Shown here: one piece after another, positions 36,482 through 45,666 of the stretch
Numbering within the stretch: the stretch's first letter is position 1
How the letters are laid out: each line of letters starts with the position of its first letter
Assembly: GCA_016208465.1 (NCBI GenBank)
Contig: JACQXZ010000064.1
Location: 1 to 55,217 of the forward strand
DNA from: Actinomycetota bacterium
Lineage (GTDB): Bacteria; Actinomycetota; Aquicultoria; JACQXZ01
Direction: 5' to 3'
DNA: 55,217 nt
Program-made: the position numbers and the translations under genes
Notes under the pieces: model-generated
The model's input: the letters and a program-made list of their open reading frames with translations, nothing else
What the model was told of the DNA's origin: nothing
The model's database searches: none

Positions 36482-38011
36482 ATGTACATACTGTATGCGA
36501 TTGTTGGTATTATTGTTGGCGTTTCTGTAGGTTATTTTCTTAGAAAGTATGTTGGTGAAGCAAAAATTACCTCTGCTGAGTCAGCGGCTCATAAAATTGT
36601 AGAAGATGCTCAAAAAGAAGCTGAAACACGCACAAGAGAAGCAATTATTGGAATAAAAGACGAGATTCATATTTTAAGAATGGATGCGGAAAAGGAAATC
36701 CGCGAAAGAAGAACTGAACTTCAGAGACTCGAAAAAAGAGTAATCCAAAAAGAAGAAATGCTGGACAAAAAAATTGATCAGATAGAAAAAAGAGATCAGT
36801 TTCTTAAGAGCAAAGAGAAGGAATTAGTTGATAAAGAGGGAGAGCTTGAAACAATTACAAAACAGCAGAAGGAAGCGCTTGAAAGAATCTCCGGACTTAG
36901 CGTTGAAGAAGCAAGAAGTATTTTTCTTAAACGAGTTGAAGATGAATCAAAGCGGGAAGCCGCGGTTTTAATTAAAGCAATAGAAGATAAAGCGCGTGAA
37001 GAGGGCGAAAAAAGAGCAAAAAATATTGTTACGCTTGCCATTCAAAGATGTTCCGCAGATCACGTCGCGGAGACAGCAGTTTCTGTAATTCCACTTCCCA
37101 ATGATGAAATGAAAGGCAGAATTATTGGCAGGGAAGGAAGAAATATAAGAATATTTGAAAATCTTACAGGCATCAATCTTATAATTGATGATACGCCGGA
37201 AGCTGTTATTCTATCTAGTTTTGATCCATTTAGACGAGAAGTTGCCCGTTTAACTCTGGAAAAATTAATTACAGATGGCAGGATTCATCCTGCGAGAATC
37301 GAAGAAATGTACGAGAAGTCAAAAGAAGAAGTTGAAGCTGAAATAAGGGAAGCTGGGGAACAGGCAATTTTTCAGACAGATGTTCATGGATTAAATCCTG
37401 AATTAGTCCGTGTTTTAGGAAGACTTAAGTTTAGAACCAGTTATGGTCAAAATGTTTTAAAGCATTCATTAGAGGTGGCTCATTTAGCAGGAGTGATGGC
37501 TTCAGAGCTTGGGGTGGATGTAAAAATTGCTAAAAGAGCCGGACTCTTGCACGATATTGGCAAGGCAGTTGATCATGAAATTGAAGGATCGCACGCTCAG
37601 ATTGGAGCCGATCTTGCTAGACGGTTAAGGGAATCAGTTCCAGTTTGCCATGCGATTGCGGCGCATCATGAAGAGATTCAGCCACAAACGATAGAGGCGG
37701 TTCTGGTGCAGGCCGCTGATGCTGTTTCAGCCGCCCGTCCGGGCGCAAGAAGAGAAACGCTTGAGAGCTATATTAAGCGATTGGAAAAATTGGAAGCAAT
37801 AGCTGAGTCCTATAAAGGTGTTGAAAGGTCATTTGCTATGCAGGCTGGACGAGAAATAAGAATTATGGTTAAACCGGATGAAATTAACGACATAGAATCA
37901 TCCCAGCTTGCTAAAGAAATTGCAAAAAATATTGAAGAAGAACTGGATTATCCCGGTCAGATTAAGGTAATTGTAATCAGAGAAAACCGTGCTATAGAGT
38001 ACGCTAAGTAA
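36482..38011 (+). CDS. rny: ribonuclease Y
   Basis: N-terminal TM helix, coiled coil, KH ([12 protein letters not shown]), HD domain (LLHDIGKA). Confidence 0.95.
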   Translation: MYILYAIVGIIVGVSVGYFLRKYVGEAKITSAESAAHKIVEDAQKEAETRTREAIIGIKDEIHILRMDAEKEIRERRTELQRLEKRVIQKEEMLDKKIDQIEKRDQFLKSKEKELVDKEGELETITKQQKEALERISGLSVEEARSIFLKRVEDESKREAAVLIKAIEDKAREEGEKRAKNIVTLAIQRCSADHVAETAVSVIPLPNDEMKGRIIGREGRNIRIFENLTGINLIIDDTPEAVILSSFDPFRREVARLTLEKLITDGRIHPARIEEMYEKSKEEVEAEIREAGEQAIFQTDVHGLNPELVRVLGRLKFRTSYGQNVLKHSLEVAHLAGVMASELGVDVKIAKRAGLLHDIGKAVDHEIEGSHAQIGADLARRLRESVPVCHAIAAHHEEIQPQTIEAVLVQAADAVSAARPGARRETLESYIKRLEKLEAIAESYKGVERSFAMQAGREIRIMVKPDEINDIESSQLAKEIAKNIEEELDYPGQIKVIVIRENRAIEYAK

Positions 38012-38127
38012 AAACGTAAAGCGTAAGACGTGAGACGTGAGACGTGATTAAATCCCCCTTTTCCAAAGGGGGACAAAGGGGGATTTAGAATTAAATCCCT
38101 CCCAACCTCCCTTTAAAAAGGGAGGAG
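38012..38127. repeat. GCGTAAGACGTGAGACG word followed by two C-run/G-run hairpins
   Basis: aaacgtaaagcgtaagacgtgagacgtgagacgtg; aaatcccccttttccaaagggggacaaagggggattt; aaatccctcccaacctccctttaaaaagggaggag. Confidence 0.8.
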
Positions 38128-38165
38128 TATAAACTCTTGCGATTTTTAAGACAGGATGTAATTTA

Positions 38166-39293
38166 ATGGAAGAAACAGGCGGACTTTTAAATTTTGTTAC
38201 GAATGTAACAGGAGATCGGTTCACTAGAATAGAGGAAGATCTAGGGAATGGATATGTTCGCCTGAGTATCACCGAAGCTGAGCGCAGACAGGCAAAAAAT
38301 GATATCCAGTCTGTCGAAGATGCGGTTCTTGAGCTTTTGCGGAATGCCCGTGACTCCGGCGCGTCTAAGATTTTTATGTCTTTTCAAAAGGAAGCAGATC
38401 AAAGAAGAAAGATTTCAATTATTGATGATGGATGCGGTATTCCTAAACCAGCCCAGGAAAGAATTTTTGAATCTAGAGTAACGACCAAACTTGATACGGT
38501 TAATTTTGATCAATATGGTATTCATGGAAGAGGGATGGCTCTTTTTTCCATCAAACAATCAGCAGATGATATTAGAATACTTCATTCTATTGAAGGAAAA
38601 GGAACTTCTTTAAGATTTATCGCCGATACCACCAAGCTGAACGAGAAAGTAGATCAATTCGAAATTCCTGAAATAGAAATTATAGATGGGAAACCAGAAG
38701 TGACAAAGGGAGTACGCAATGTACTAAGAGTTATAACTGAATTTCTTATCAATCATCCTCAATTAGAAATATATATGGGGATCGCAGGCGAAATTCTTGC
38801 AACAATGTATACAAAAAGTCAGTCAACTGTTTTTGAAAGCGAAAGATCAAAGAATTTTGGAATTGCTTGTTTTAATTGGGAGAGAAGGAATTTAAAAATC
38901 TGGCAGCTTTGTGGATTTGCTTCCAACGCTGAAACATTAAAGGAGATTGCGAATAGTTTTTATGGGCTTGAACTTTCAAACAGGCATATTAATCGAATAA
39001 TGTGTGGTCAGATAAAAACCGTATCTCCTTTATCAATAAATGAGATAATGAGAAAAAAAGTTGGGTTAACTCAAGGCGAGAAGTCAGTCGGGAAGAAAAA
39101 GATATCAATTAGCGAAAATTTAAGCAAATATTTTAACGACAATGATCTTCAGGTATTAAGGGAATCTTTAAATATTATTGCGGAGGATATTGGTAACAAA
39201 TATTTCTTGAAACTTCAAAGAGACCCGGAAATCGTCAGGGAGAAGAACAGACTAAAAATCTTGCTACCATTTGAAAAAGATGAGATAATTTAA
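38166..39293 (+). CDS. orphan GHKL (HATPase_c-like) ATP-binding protein
   Basis: N box ELLRNARDSGA, G1 IIDDGCGIP, G2 GIHGRGMALFS. No DHp/His-phosphoacceptor region is visible; the C-terminal half is unassigned. Confidence 0.7.
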   Translation: MEETGGLLNFVTNVTGDRFTRIEEDLGNGYVRLSITEAERRQAKNDIQSVEDAVLELLRNARDSGASKIFMSFQKEADQRRKISIIDDGCGIPKPAQERIFESRVTTKLDTVNFDQYGIHGRGMALFSIKQSADDIRILHSIEGKGTSLRFIADTTKLNEKVDQFEIPEIEIIDGKPEVTKGVRNVLRVITEFLINHPQLEIYMGIAGEILATMYTKSQSTVFESERSKNFGIACFNWERRNLKIWQLCGFASNAETLKEIANSFYGLELSNRHINRIMCGQIKTVSPLSINEIMRKKVGLTQGEKSVGKKKISISENLSKYFNDNDLQVLRESLNIIAEDIGNKYFLKLQRDPEIVREKNRLKILLPFEKDEII

Positions 39294-39339
39294 TAAATAT
39301 AATATTTCCAATCGCAGTTTTATGCTTTAAGGAGGAATA

Positions 39340-39600
39340 ATGGAAACACTAAAGGTCTCTTCAAAATCGAACCCTAATTCAGTCGCAGGAGCAATTGCAG
39401 GAGTTTTGAGAGAAAAGGGGGCAGTAGAGATTCAGGTTGTAGGAGCAGGCGCGCTAAATCAGGCAATTAAAGCTATAGCAATTGCGAGAGGATTTGTTGC
39501 TCCCACAGGAATAAATTTAGTATGTATTCCTTCTTTTGCAGATATTCAGATTGATGGGGAAGAAAGAACTGCTATTAGATTAGCAGTTGAACCGCGTTAA
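39340..39600 (+). CDS. spoVS: SpoVS family protein
   Basis: 86 aa, LKVSSKSNPNSVAGAIAGVLRE...AIKAIAIARG signature. Confidence 0.92.
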   Translation: METLKVSSKSNPNSVAGAIAGVLREKGAVEIQVVGAGALNQAIKAIAIARGFVAPTGINLVCIPSFADIQIDGEERTAIRLAVEPR

Positions 39601-39672
39601 AAAGTCACAAGTCACAAGGACACAAGTCACAAGTAAAAAATTAACCTGTGACTTGTAACCTGTGACTTTTTA
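39601..39672 (+). terminator. GTCACAAG-word hairpin with T-tract downstream of spoVS
   Basis: aaagtcacaagtcacaaggacacaagtcacaag ... acctgtgacttgtaacctgtgac, then ttttt. Confidence 0.6.
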
Positions 39673-39691
39673 ATTTCAACTTATTGGTAGT

Positions 39692-39735
39692 CGCACCTTT
39701 AAAGGTGCGTAATTCCCGCAGGCTAAAGCCTGCGG
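39692..39735. repeat. two adjacent perfect mini-hairpins
   Basis: cgcacct-ttaa-aggtgcg and ccgcaggc-taaa-gcctgcgg. Confidence 0.75.
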
Positions 39736-39782
39736 CTACCCAAAGAAGGCAGAGTAGAAGAATTTATGTTAGAGGTTATTAT

Positions 39783-40607
39783 ATGTCTATTGATTTGCAT
39801 CTTCATAGCACTATGTCTGATGGAACCTTCTCGCCCGCTGAACTTGTTTCTCAAGCCGAAATCCTTGATCTTAGGGCAATAGCGATTACTGATCACGATA
39901 GTGTTGACGGGATAGAAATTGGGATTGAGGAAGGAAAAAAAAGAAACGTAGAAGTTATTCCCGGAGTGGAATTAAGCTCTGATTTGGATGGTATTGATAT
40001 TCATTTTCTGGGTTATTTTATAGATTATAAAAATAGTGATTTTGTCGGTCATTTAAAAAAGTTAAGATATATGCGGTACGAACGGGCTTCACGGATGGTA
40101 GAGGAACTTAAACAAATAGGCATAAATGTTGATTTGGTTGATGTGCTGGATATTGCTAAAGAGGGATGTTTAGGACGGTCTCATATCGCAAGAGCAATGA
40201 TAAAGAGAGGATACATTGACAGCATCGAGGAGGCTTTTGAAAAATACATAGGTCGTCAGGCCGCTTGTTATGTTGAGAAATATGCCTATGCTCCAAAAGA
40301 TGTTATTGAGTTGATTAATAACGTGGGAGGGATATCTGTTCTGGCTCATCCGGGAATAAGTGATTGCGATGAAATGATTTCTGAATTTGTAAGATTCGAA
40401 ATGAAGGGAATAGAAGTTATTCATAGTGAGCATACGTTAGAACAGATAGAGCATTACACCAATCTGGCTAATGGATATAATTTGCTGATTACCGGTGGTT
40501 CTGATTGTCATGGTTTATCAGAAAAACGAGAAATGAAAATGGGTTCAGTAATTGTGCCTGATAGTTTCCTCGACGATATTCGCAGTTTTAAAGAAAATGG
40601 AATGTAA
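39783..40607 (+). CDS. PHP domain phosphoesterase (TrpH/YciV-like)
   Basis: IDLHLHSTMSDG...ITDHD motifs. ATG 39783; the track start 39684 lies in repeat hairpins. Confidence 0.85.
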   Translation: MSIDLHLHSTMSDGTFSPAELVSQAEILDLRAIAITDHDSVDGIEIGIEEGKKRNVEVIPGVELSSDLDGIDIHFLGYFIDYKNSDFVGHLKKLRYMRYERASRMVEELKQIGINVDLVDVLDIAKEGCLGRSHIARAMIKRGYIDSIEEAFEKYIGRQAACYVEKYAYAPKDVIELINNVGGISVLAHPGISDCDEMISEFVRFEMKGIEVIHSEHTLEQIEHYTNLANGYNLLITGGSDCHGLSEKREMKMGSVIVPDSFLDDIRSFKENGM

Positions 40608-40621
40608 ATTAGGTGTGTTAA

Positions 40622-41950
40622 TTGGAAGAAGAAAAAAAATTACTCCATATTGTTACCTTTGGCTGTCAGATGAACAAGTTTGATTCTGAGAGAATCGCTG
40701 GCTTAATGTCCGCAACTGGCTATAGATTAACCAATGAAGTTAATAGTTCAAATTTGGTTATTTTTAATACCTGTTGTGTTCGCAAGCACGCAGAACAAAG
40801 GCTTTATGGAAGAATAGGTGAGCTTAAAAGGCTTAAAAAGAATAATCCGAATTTGAAGATTGCTGTAGGGGGATGTTTGGCTCAGAGCGAAGGCAGGAAA
40901 ATTCAGGAAAAATTTCCTTATGTGGATATTGTTTTTGGAACTCATAATTTAAATGATTTGCCTCAGTTGGTAGAAAAAGCATTAGTGGAAAATACAAAAT
41001 CAAGTCTTTGTGAAACTTCTTCTTCTGTTTTGGATTCAAAAGATTTAGAGTGTGTTATCAGAAAAGACAAACACCACGCATGGGTGCCAATAACAATAGG
41101 CTGTAATAATTCCTGTTCTTATTGCATTGTGCCTTATGTTAGAGGGAAAGAGCGAAGTTATCCGAAAGAGGATATCTTTGAGTTTGTGAGGAATTTATCT
41201 TTAGATGGAGCAGTTGAGATAACTCTTCTAGGTCAAAATGTTAATAGTTATGGAAATGATATTTATGGCAAGCCTGAATTCTCTTCATTGCTTAAAGAAA
41301 TAAGCGGTATAGACGGTATAAAAAGAGTCAGATTTACAACTTCTCATCCAAAAGATTTGACAGATGAAATTATTGATAATGTTTCCAGATATCCAAACAT
41401 TTGTGAACATATACATTTGCCTGTTCAGGCCGGCTCTGACAGGGTTTTGAAATTAATGAATCGGAAATATACCAAGGACTATTATCTTGGGCTGGTGGAA
41501 AAAATAAGAAAAAATATACAGGATGTAAGCATAACAACAGATATTATTGTTGGTTTTCCCGGAGAAACAGAAGATGATTTTAAAGAAACACTGGAAGTGG
41601 TTGAAAAATCAAGATTCGATCAGGCTTTTACTTTTATTTATTCATCCAGAAAAGGAACCAAAGCTGAGACAATGAAAGATGAAGTTAAATATGAAGTAAA
41701 GGCTGAGCGTTTTAATAGATTACTGTGTCTTCAAAACCAAATTAGTCTTGAAGAGAATAAAAAATATCTTGGGAGAACACTGGAAGTTTTAGTTGAGGGC
41801 TCTAGTAAAAAAGATTCAAATATTTTGAGCGGCAGAACAAGAAACAATAAAGTGGTAAATTTTGAGGGATCTTTTGATTTAGCTCACAAGCTGGTTGATG
41901 TTAAAATAGAAGAAGCCTTTACCTGGTTTTTAAAGGGTTCAGTTGTTTAA
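40622..41950 (+). CDS. miaB: tRNA-i6A37 methylthiotransferase MiaB
   Basis: MTTase N-domain, radical SAM CNNSCSYC, TRAM domain; TTG start. Confidence 0.9.
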   Translation: MEEEKKLLHIVTFGCQMNKFDSERIAGLMSATGYRLTNEVNSSNLVIFNTCCVRKHAEQRLYGRIGELKRLKKNNPNLKIAVGGCLAQSEGRKIQEKFPYVDIVFGTHNLNDLPQLVEKALVENTKSSLCETSSSVLDSKDLECVIRKDKHHAWVPITIGCNNSCSYCIVPYVRGKERSYPKEDIFEFVRNLSLDGAVEITLLGQNVNSYGNDIYGKPEFSSLLKEISGIDGIKRVRFTTSHPKDLTDEIIDNVSRYPNICEHIHLPVQAGSDRVLKLMNRKYTKDYYLGLVEKIRKNIQDVSITTDIIVGFPGETEDDFKETLEVVEKSRFDQAFTFIYSSRKGTKAETMKDEVKYEVKAERFNRLLCLQNQISLEENKKYLGRTLEVLVEGSSKKDSNILSGRTRNNKVVNFEGSFDLAHKLVDVKIEEAFTWFLKGSVV

Positions 41951-41953
41951 TCT

Positions 41954-42152
41954 TAATCTCTTCTTGGGTTCAATTCCCCGCGGCTTGCCGCGTAAGAATT
42001 GTTTTATGTTTCTTGTTGTTGGAATTCAGTAGTCAGTAGTCAGAAGACACCAATCGCTATATTTTTTATTTGTATTTCTTCTGTATTCTGTATTCTGTAT
42101 TCTGTATTCTGAATACCCGATACCTCGCAGCTTGCTACGAGGTAGTTCATTA
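41954..42152 (+). repeat. composite repeat Element A, copy 2
   Basis: Collinear with 4439-4640. It begins 4 nt after the miaA... rather, the miaB stop, and its 3' end creates the spurious N-terminal extension of the next ORF. Confidence 0.85.
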
Positions 42153-42167
42153 AGAAAGGATATTCCT

Positions 42168-43559
42168 ATGTCAATTATTTTTGGGTCCATTGTCCCCCAT
42201 CCTCCAATTTTGATTCCTCAGATAGGGCGGGATAACCTCATTTTTGTTGAAAAAACCAAAAAAGCAATGGAGACACTGGCAAAATTAGCAGTTGAAGAAA
42301 ACGTTGAAACGTTAGTGGTTATTTCTCCTCACAGCCCGGCTTTCGCGGATGCGATTGCGGTTAAAACAGGGGATGAGCTAAAAGGATCATTCAGACAATT
42401 TGGCGCAGGATCTGTAGCCCTTAATTTTAAAAATAATCTTGAGTTTGTGGATTTAATTTTTAAATACGCTGAAGAAGAAAATGTTCCTTTCTTTAAATTT
42501 AGCACCAAGTTTGGCTTTAAAGATCTTGAAGAATTAGATCACGGCGCGCTTGTTCCTCTCTTTTATTTGCAAGATATTGAATTGCCCATTGTTTCTTTGT
42601 CTATCTCAGATTTTAGTTATTATAAGCACTATCTTTTGGGTGTTGCTATTCAAAAGGCGGCAGAAGAATATGGCAAAAGAGTGGGATTTATCGCAAGTGG
42701 AGATTTGTCTCACCGTCTAACCCCGGAAGCCCCGGCTGGCTTTAACAGAAGAGGAAAAGAATTTGATTTAACAATAAAGAGCATTATAGAAAAGGCAGAT
42801 TTTGAGGAATTGTTTGCTTTGGATGACAGTTTGATTGACGATGCAGGCGAATGTGGTCTTCGTTCAATTTTTGTTTTGGCTGGTTCAATGAACGGATACA
42901 GGGTTGATTCAAAGGTTTTATCATACGAAGGACCATTTGGCGTGGGTTATCTGGTTGCTTTTATTAAGGCGCTGGAAAAGGATTCAAAGAGGGATTTATT
43001 GGAGAGCTTAAACGAAAGGAATATTGCCGGGCAGAAAAAGACAAAAGAAAGCGAATCGCCTCCAGTAAAGCTGGCAAGAGAAACGGTTGAGTCATACATA
43101 AAGAATGTAAAAGTAATTTCACCGCCTGAGGTTTTACCGCAATACATGAAGAAAAAGGCAGGTGTTTTTGTTTCAATAAATAAGAATAAAGCTTTAAGAG
43201 GATGCATTGGAACAGTTAATCCCACCGAGCCGGATATCGCAATGGAAATCATAAGAAATGCCATTAACGCTTCAACCAATGATCCAAGATTTGATTCAGT
43301 GGGTGTTTCTGAGTTAGATGACTTGGTGTATTCGGTAGATATTTTGGAAGAACCGGAAGAAATTCCGGACGAAACATTTCTTGATCCTGCTAAATATGGG
43401 GTTATTGTTAAGTCGGGTTTTAAAACTGGTTTGTTACTGCCAAACATTGAGGGAGTAGAAACAGTTGAAGAGCAATTATCGATAGCTAAAAGAAAAGCAG
43501 GTATTGGCGAAAACGAGCGCGTAAAACTGTATAGATTTAAAGTTACACGGTACTATTAG
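42168..43559 (+). CDS. fusion protein: LigB/Memo-like class III extradiol dioxygenase fold plus AMMECR1 domain
   Basis: N-terminal IVPHPPILIPQ... and C-terminal AMMECR1 (GVFVSINKNKALRGCIGT...DPRF). ATG 42168; the track start 42132 lies in repeat Element A. Confidence 0.8.
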   Translation: MSIIFGSIVPHPPILIPQIGRDNLIFVEKTKKAMETLAKLAVEENVETLVVISPHSPAFADAIAVKTGDELKGSFRQFGAGSVALNFKNNLEFVDLIFKYAEEENVPFFKFSTKFGFKDLEELDHGALVPLFYLQDIELPIVSLSISDFSYYKHYLLGVAIQKAAEEYGKRVGFIASGDLSHRLTPEAPAGFNRRGKEFDLTIKSIIEKADFEELFALDDSLIDDAGECGLRSIFVLAGSMNGYRVDSKVLSYEGPFGVGYLVAFIKALEKDSKRDLLESLNERNIAGQKKTKESESPPVKLARETVESYIKNVKVISPPEVLPQYMKKKAGVFVSINKNKALRGCIGTVNPTEPDIAMEIIRNAINASTNDPRFDSVGVSELDDLVYSVDILEEPEEIPDETFLDPAKYGVIVKSGFKTGLLLPNIEGVETVEEQLSIAKRKAGIGENERVKLYRFKVTRYY

Positions 43560-43569
43560 GTTGTAGGCT

Positions 43570-43880
43570 TAACAACGTCCAAATTCCAAACAAGCTCCAA
43601 ATTACAGTGTTTAAGATGAAAAAAATTAAAAATAAAAGATAAAAAATCAAAAATACATATCAAAATGAAAAAATTATAACTCAGGAGTCAGATGGACAAA
43701 TAGTATTATAGGTTATTTTAGGGATTTTACTCTTAAACCTCAGTTCTTTGACCTAAGACCTATAATGAATCCAAGCCATTTTCGTGTTCGTTTTTGAACT
43801 TTAAATTGTCATTTTAATATTTGATTTTTTATTTTTGACTTTAAAGCTTATCTGGCGCTTGGAATTTAGAGTTTATCTCG
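43570..43880 (-). repeat. composite nested-palindrome Element C, copy 2 (inverted relative to copy 1)
   Basis: The reverse complement contains ataggtcttaggtcaaaga...ataattttttcattttgatatgtattttt, matching 16937-17050. The outer arms are ccaaattccaaacaagctccaaatt / cttggaatttagagtttat. Confidence 0.8.
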
Positions 43881-43970
43881 ATTTTGGAGGTAAAATAAGT
43901 TAAAAATTCTAAAAATATAGAATTAATTGTTATAGTTGGTCCAACTGCTGTAGGGAAAAGTAAATGCGCG

Positions 43971-44831
43971 TTGGAGCTTGCAAAAACTCTGGATGGGGAA
44001 ATAGTTTCTGCTGATTCGATGCAGGTTTACAAAAGATTAGACATAGGAACCGCCAAACCAACAGATTTTGAGCAAGCGCGGGTAAAACATCATCTTATTG
44101 ATTTATTTGATCTTAAAGAGGATTTTAGCGTTGCCATATATCAAAAAATGGCAAGAGCCGCGATAGAAGCAATTTATTCAAAAAACAAAGCGCCTTTACT
44201 GGTTGGAGGCTCTGGCCTTTACATGAGAGCAGTGATAGATAAATTTTCGTTTCCCGAGGGTAGTTTAGCTTCTGATGTGAGAATTGAACTTGAAACAAGA
44301 AGCAAACAGGTTTCACCTCAGCTTTTATATGATGAATTATCCAGATTAGATAAGACCTCAGCCGAAAAAATCCATCCTCACAATATAAAAAGGATTATTC
44401 GTGCCTTGGAAGTGATATATTTAACCGGCAGGCCGTTTTCCGAATTTCAAAAGAACTGGAAGGAAAGAGAATCAATCTATAATCTTAAAATGTTTGGCTT
44501 GTTTTTAGAGAGAGATAAATTATATGAAAGGATAAATTTAAGAGTAGATGAAATGTTTAAGAAAGGTTTGCTGGAAGAAACAAAAAGGCTTGTTAATGAG
44601 GGATATAAGGATGTTTTGATTTCAAAACAGGTATTAGGGTATACTCAGATTCTGGATTATCTTGATAAAAAATGTTCTTTTGATGAAATGGTTAATTTAA
44701 TTAAGCAAAAAACCAGAAATTTTGCCAAAAGACAGATGACATGGTTTGAGGCAGATCCAAGAATAAAATGGATTGATGCGGATAAGGAGAAATTTGTTGA
44801 ATTGATGCTGGAGGAAATAAAGAATGGTTAG
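43971..44831 (+). CDS. miaA: tRNA dimethylallyltransferase MiaA; the true start must lie upstream of the first canonical start codon
   Basis: DSMQVYKRLDIGTAKP. The P-loop IVGPTAVGKS is encoded in frame at 43932-43961, upstream of TTG 43971. The frame is open from 43899. Confidence 0.88.
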   Translation: MELAKTLDGEIVSADSMQVYKRLDIGTAKPTDFEQARVKHHLIDLFDLKEDFSVAIYQKMARAAIEAIYSKNKAPLLVGGSGLYMRAVIDKFSFPEGSLASDVRIELETRSKQVSPQLLYDELSRLDKTSAEKIHPHNIKRIIRALEVIYLTGRPFSEFQKNWKERESIYNLKMFGLFLERDKLYERINLRVDEMFKKGLLEETKRLVNEGYKDVLISKQVLGYTQILDYLDKKCSFDEMVNLIKQKTRNFAKRQMTWFEADPRIKWIDADKEKFVELMLEEIKNG

Positions 44832-45496
44832 TTTTTCAAAATATCAGGGAATAGGTAATGATTTTATTATTTTTAATAATCTGGATAAGACAATAAAGCC
44901 CGAAGAAGCATCTATTGTAAAATTATGCGACAGGCATTTTGGAATAGGGGCAGATGGCGTGATTTTTCTGGAATCATCAGAAAACGCTGATTTTGAAATG
45001 GTTTTCTTTAATAGAGATGGGAGCCGGGCGGAGATGTGCGGAAATGGGATTAGATGTCTGGCGGCTTATATGCGCGATAACAACTTGATTTCCAATTAAC
45101 ACAGGAGATACGACTTTAAGGGCTACCTGTCTTTCGATGGGGAATCCTCATTGTGTAATTTTTGTTGAGGATATAAAAAACGTTCCCATTCTAAGATATG
45201 GTCCGTTAATTGAAAATTTATCAACATTCCCCCGAAAAACAAATGTGGAGTTTGTTGAAGTAAAAAATAAAACAGAAATTAATCTTCGTGTTTGGGAGAG
45301 AGGAGCAGGAGAAACTTTAGCCTGTGGAACAGGCGCCTGCGCTTCAGTAGTCGCGGCAAACAGGAATGGTTTAACCGAAAGGAAAGTTCTTGTCCATTTA
45401 AAAGGAGGAGATCTGGAGATTGATTGGCTGAAAAGCGGCGATGTATATATGACTGGTCCTGCGGTTAATGTTTTTAATGGAGAGGTAGATTTTTAG
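44824..45496 (+). pseudogene. dapF: diaminopimelate epimerase, frameshifted and missing about 45 central residues
   Basis: The N-terminal half (GNDFIIF...CGNGIRC) ends at TAA 45097-45099. The C-terminal half (SMGNPHCV...ACGTGACA) is in another frame. The two halves total about 210 aa, against about 275 aa for a typical DapF. Confidence 0.8.
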
Positions 45497-45507
45497 AGTT
45501 CTAGCTT

Positions 45508-45600
45508 TGCCTCCCCCATAAGCCCCCTTAATTCCCCCCTTACCAAGGGGGGACACAGAGGGGTTAAAAGGGGGCAGCGAGCAGAGCGAGCGGGGGATTT
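45508..45600. repeat. cluster of C-run/G-run repeats downstream of dapF
   Basis: gcctcccccataagcccccttaattccccccttaccaaggggggacacagaggggttaaaagggggcagcgagcagagcgagcgggggattt. Confidence 0.75.
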
Positions 45601-45666
45601 TTTGGGAGCAGCAAATTTGAGTTTTCAATTCAAATGCAATAAAGGAGACTTTAAAATAAGCAATAG

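Noticed and set aside
39684-39782. N-terminal extensions proposed by the ORF track (PHP 39684, truB 10528, AMMECR1 fusion 42132, ftsK 22638, nusA 5502)
   Set aside because: The extra codons translate repeat hairpins or leader sequence. Internal ATG starts with good RBS spacing coincide with the conserved protein N-termini.
42947-43447. 166-aa minus-strand ORF
   Set aside because: It is antisense to the AMMECR1 domain, which has clear conserved motifs. It has no motif of its own.
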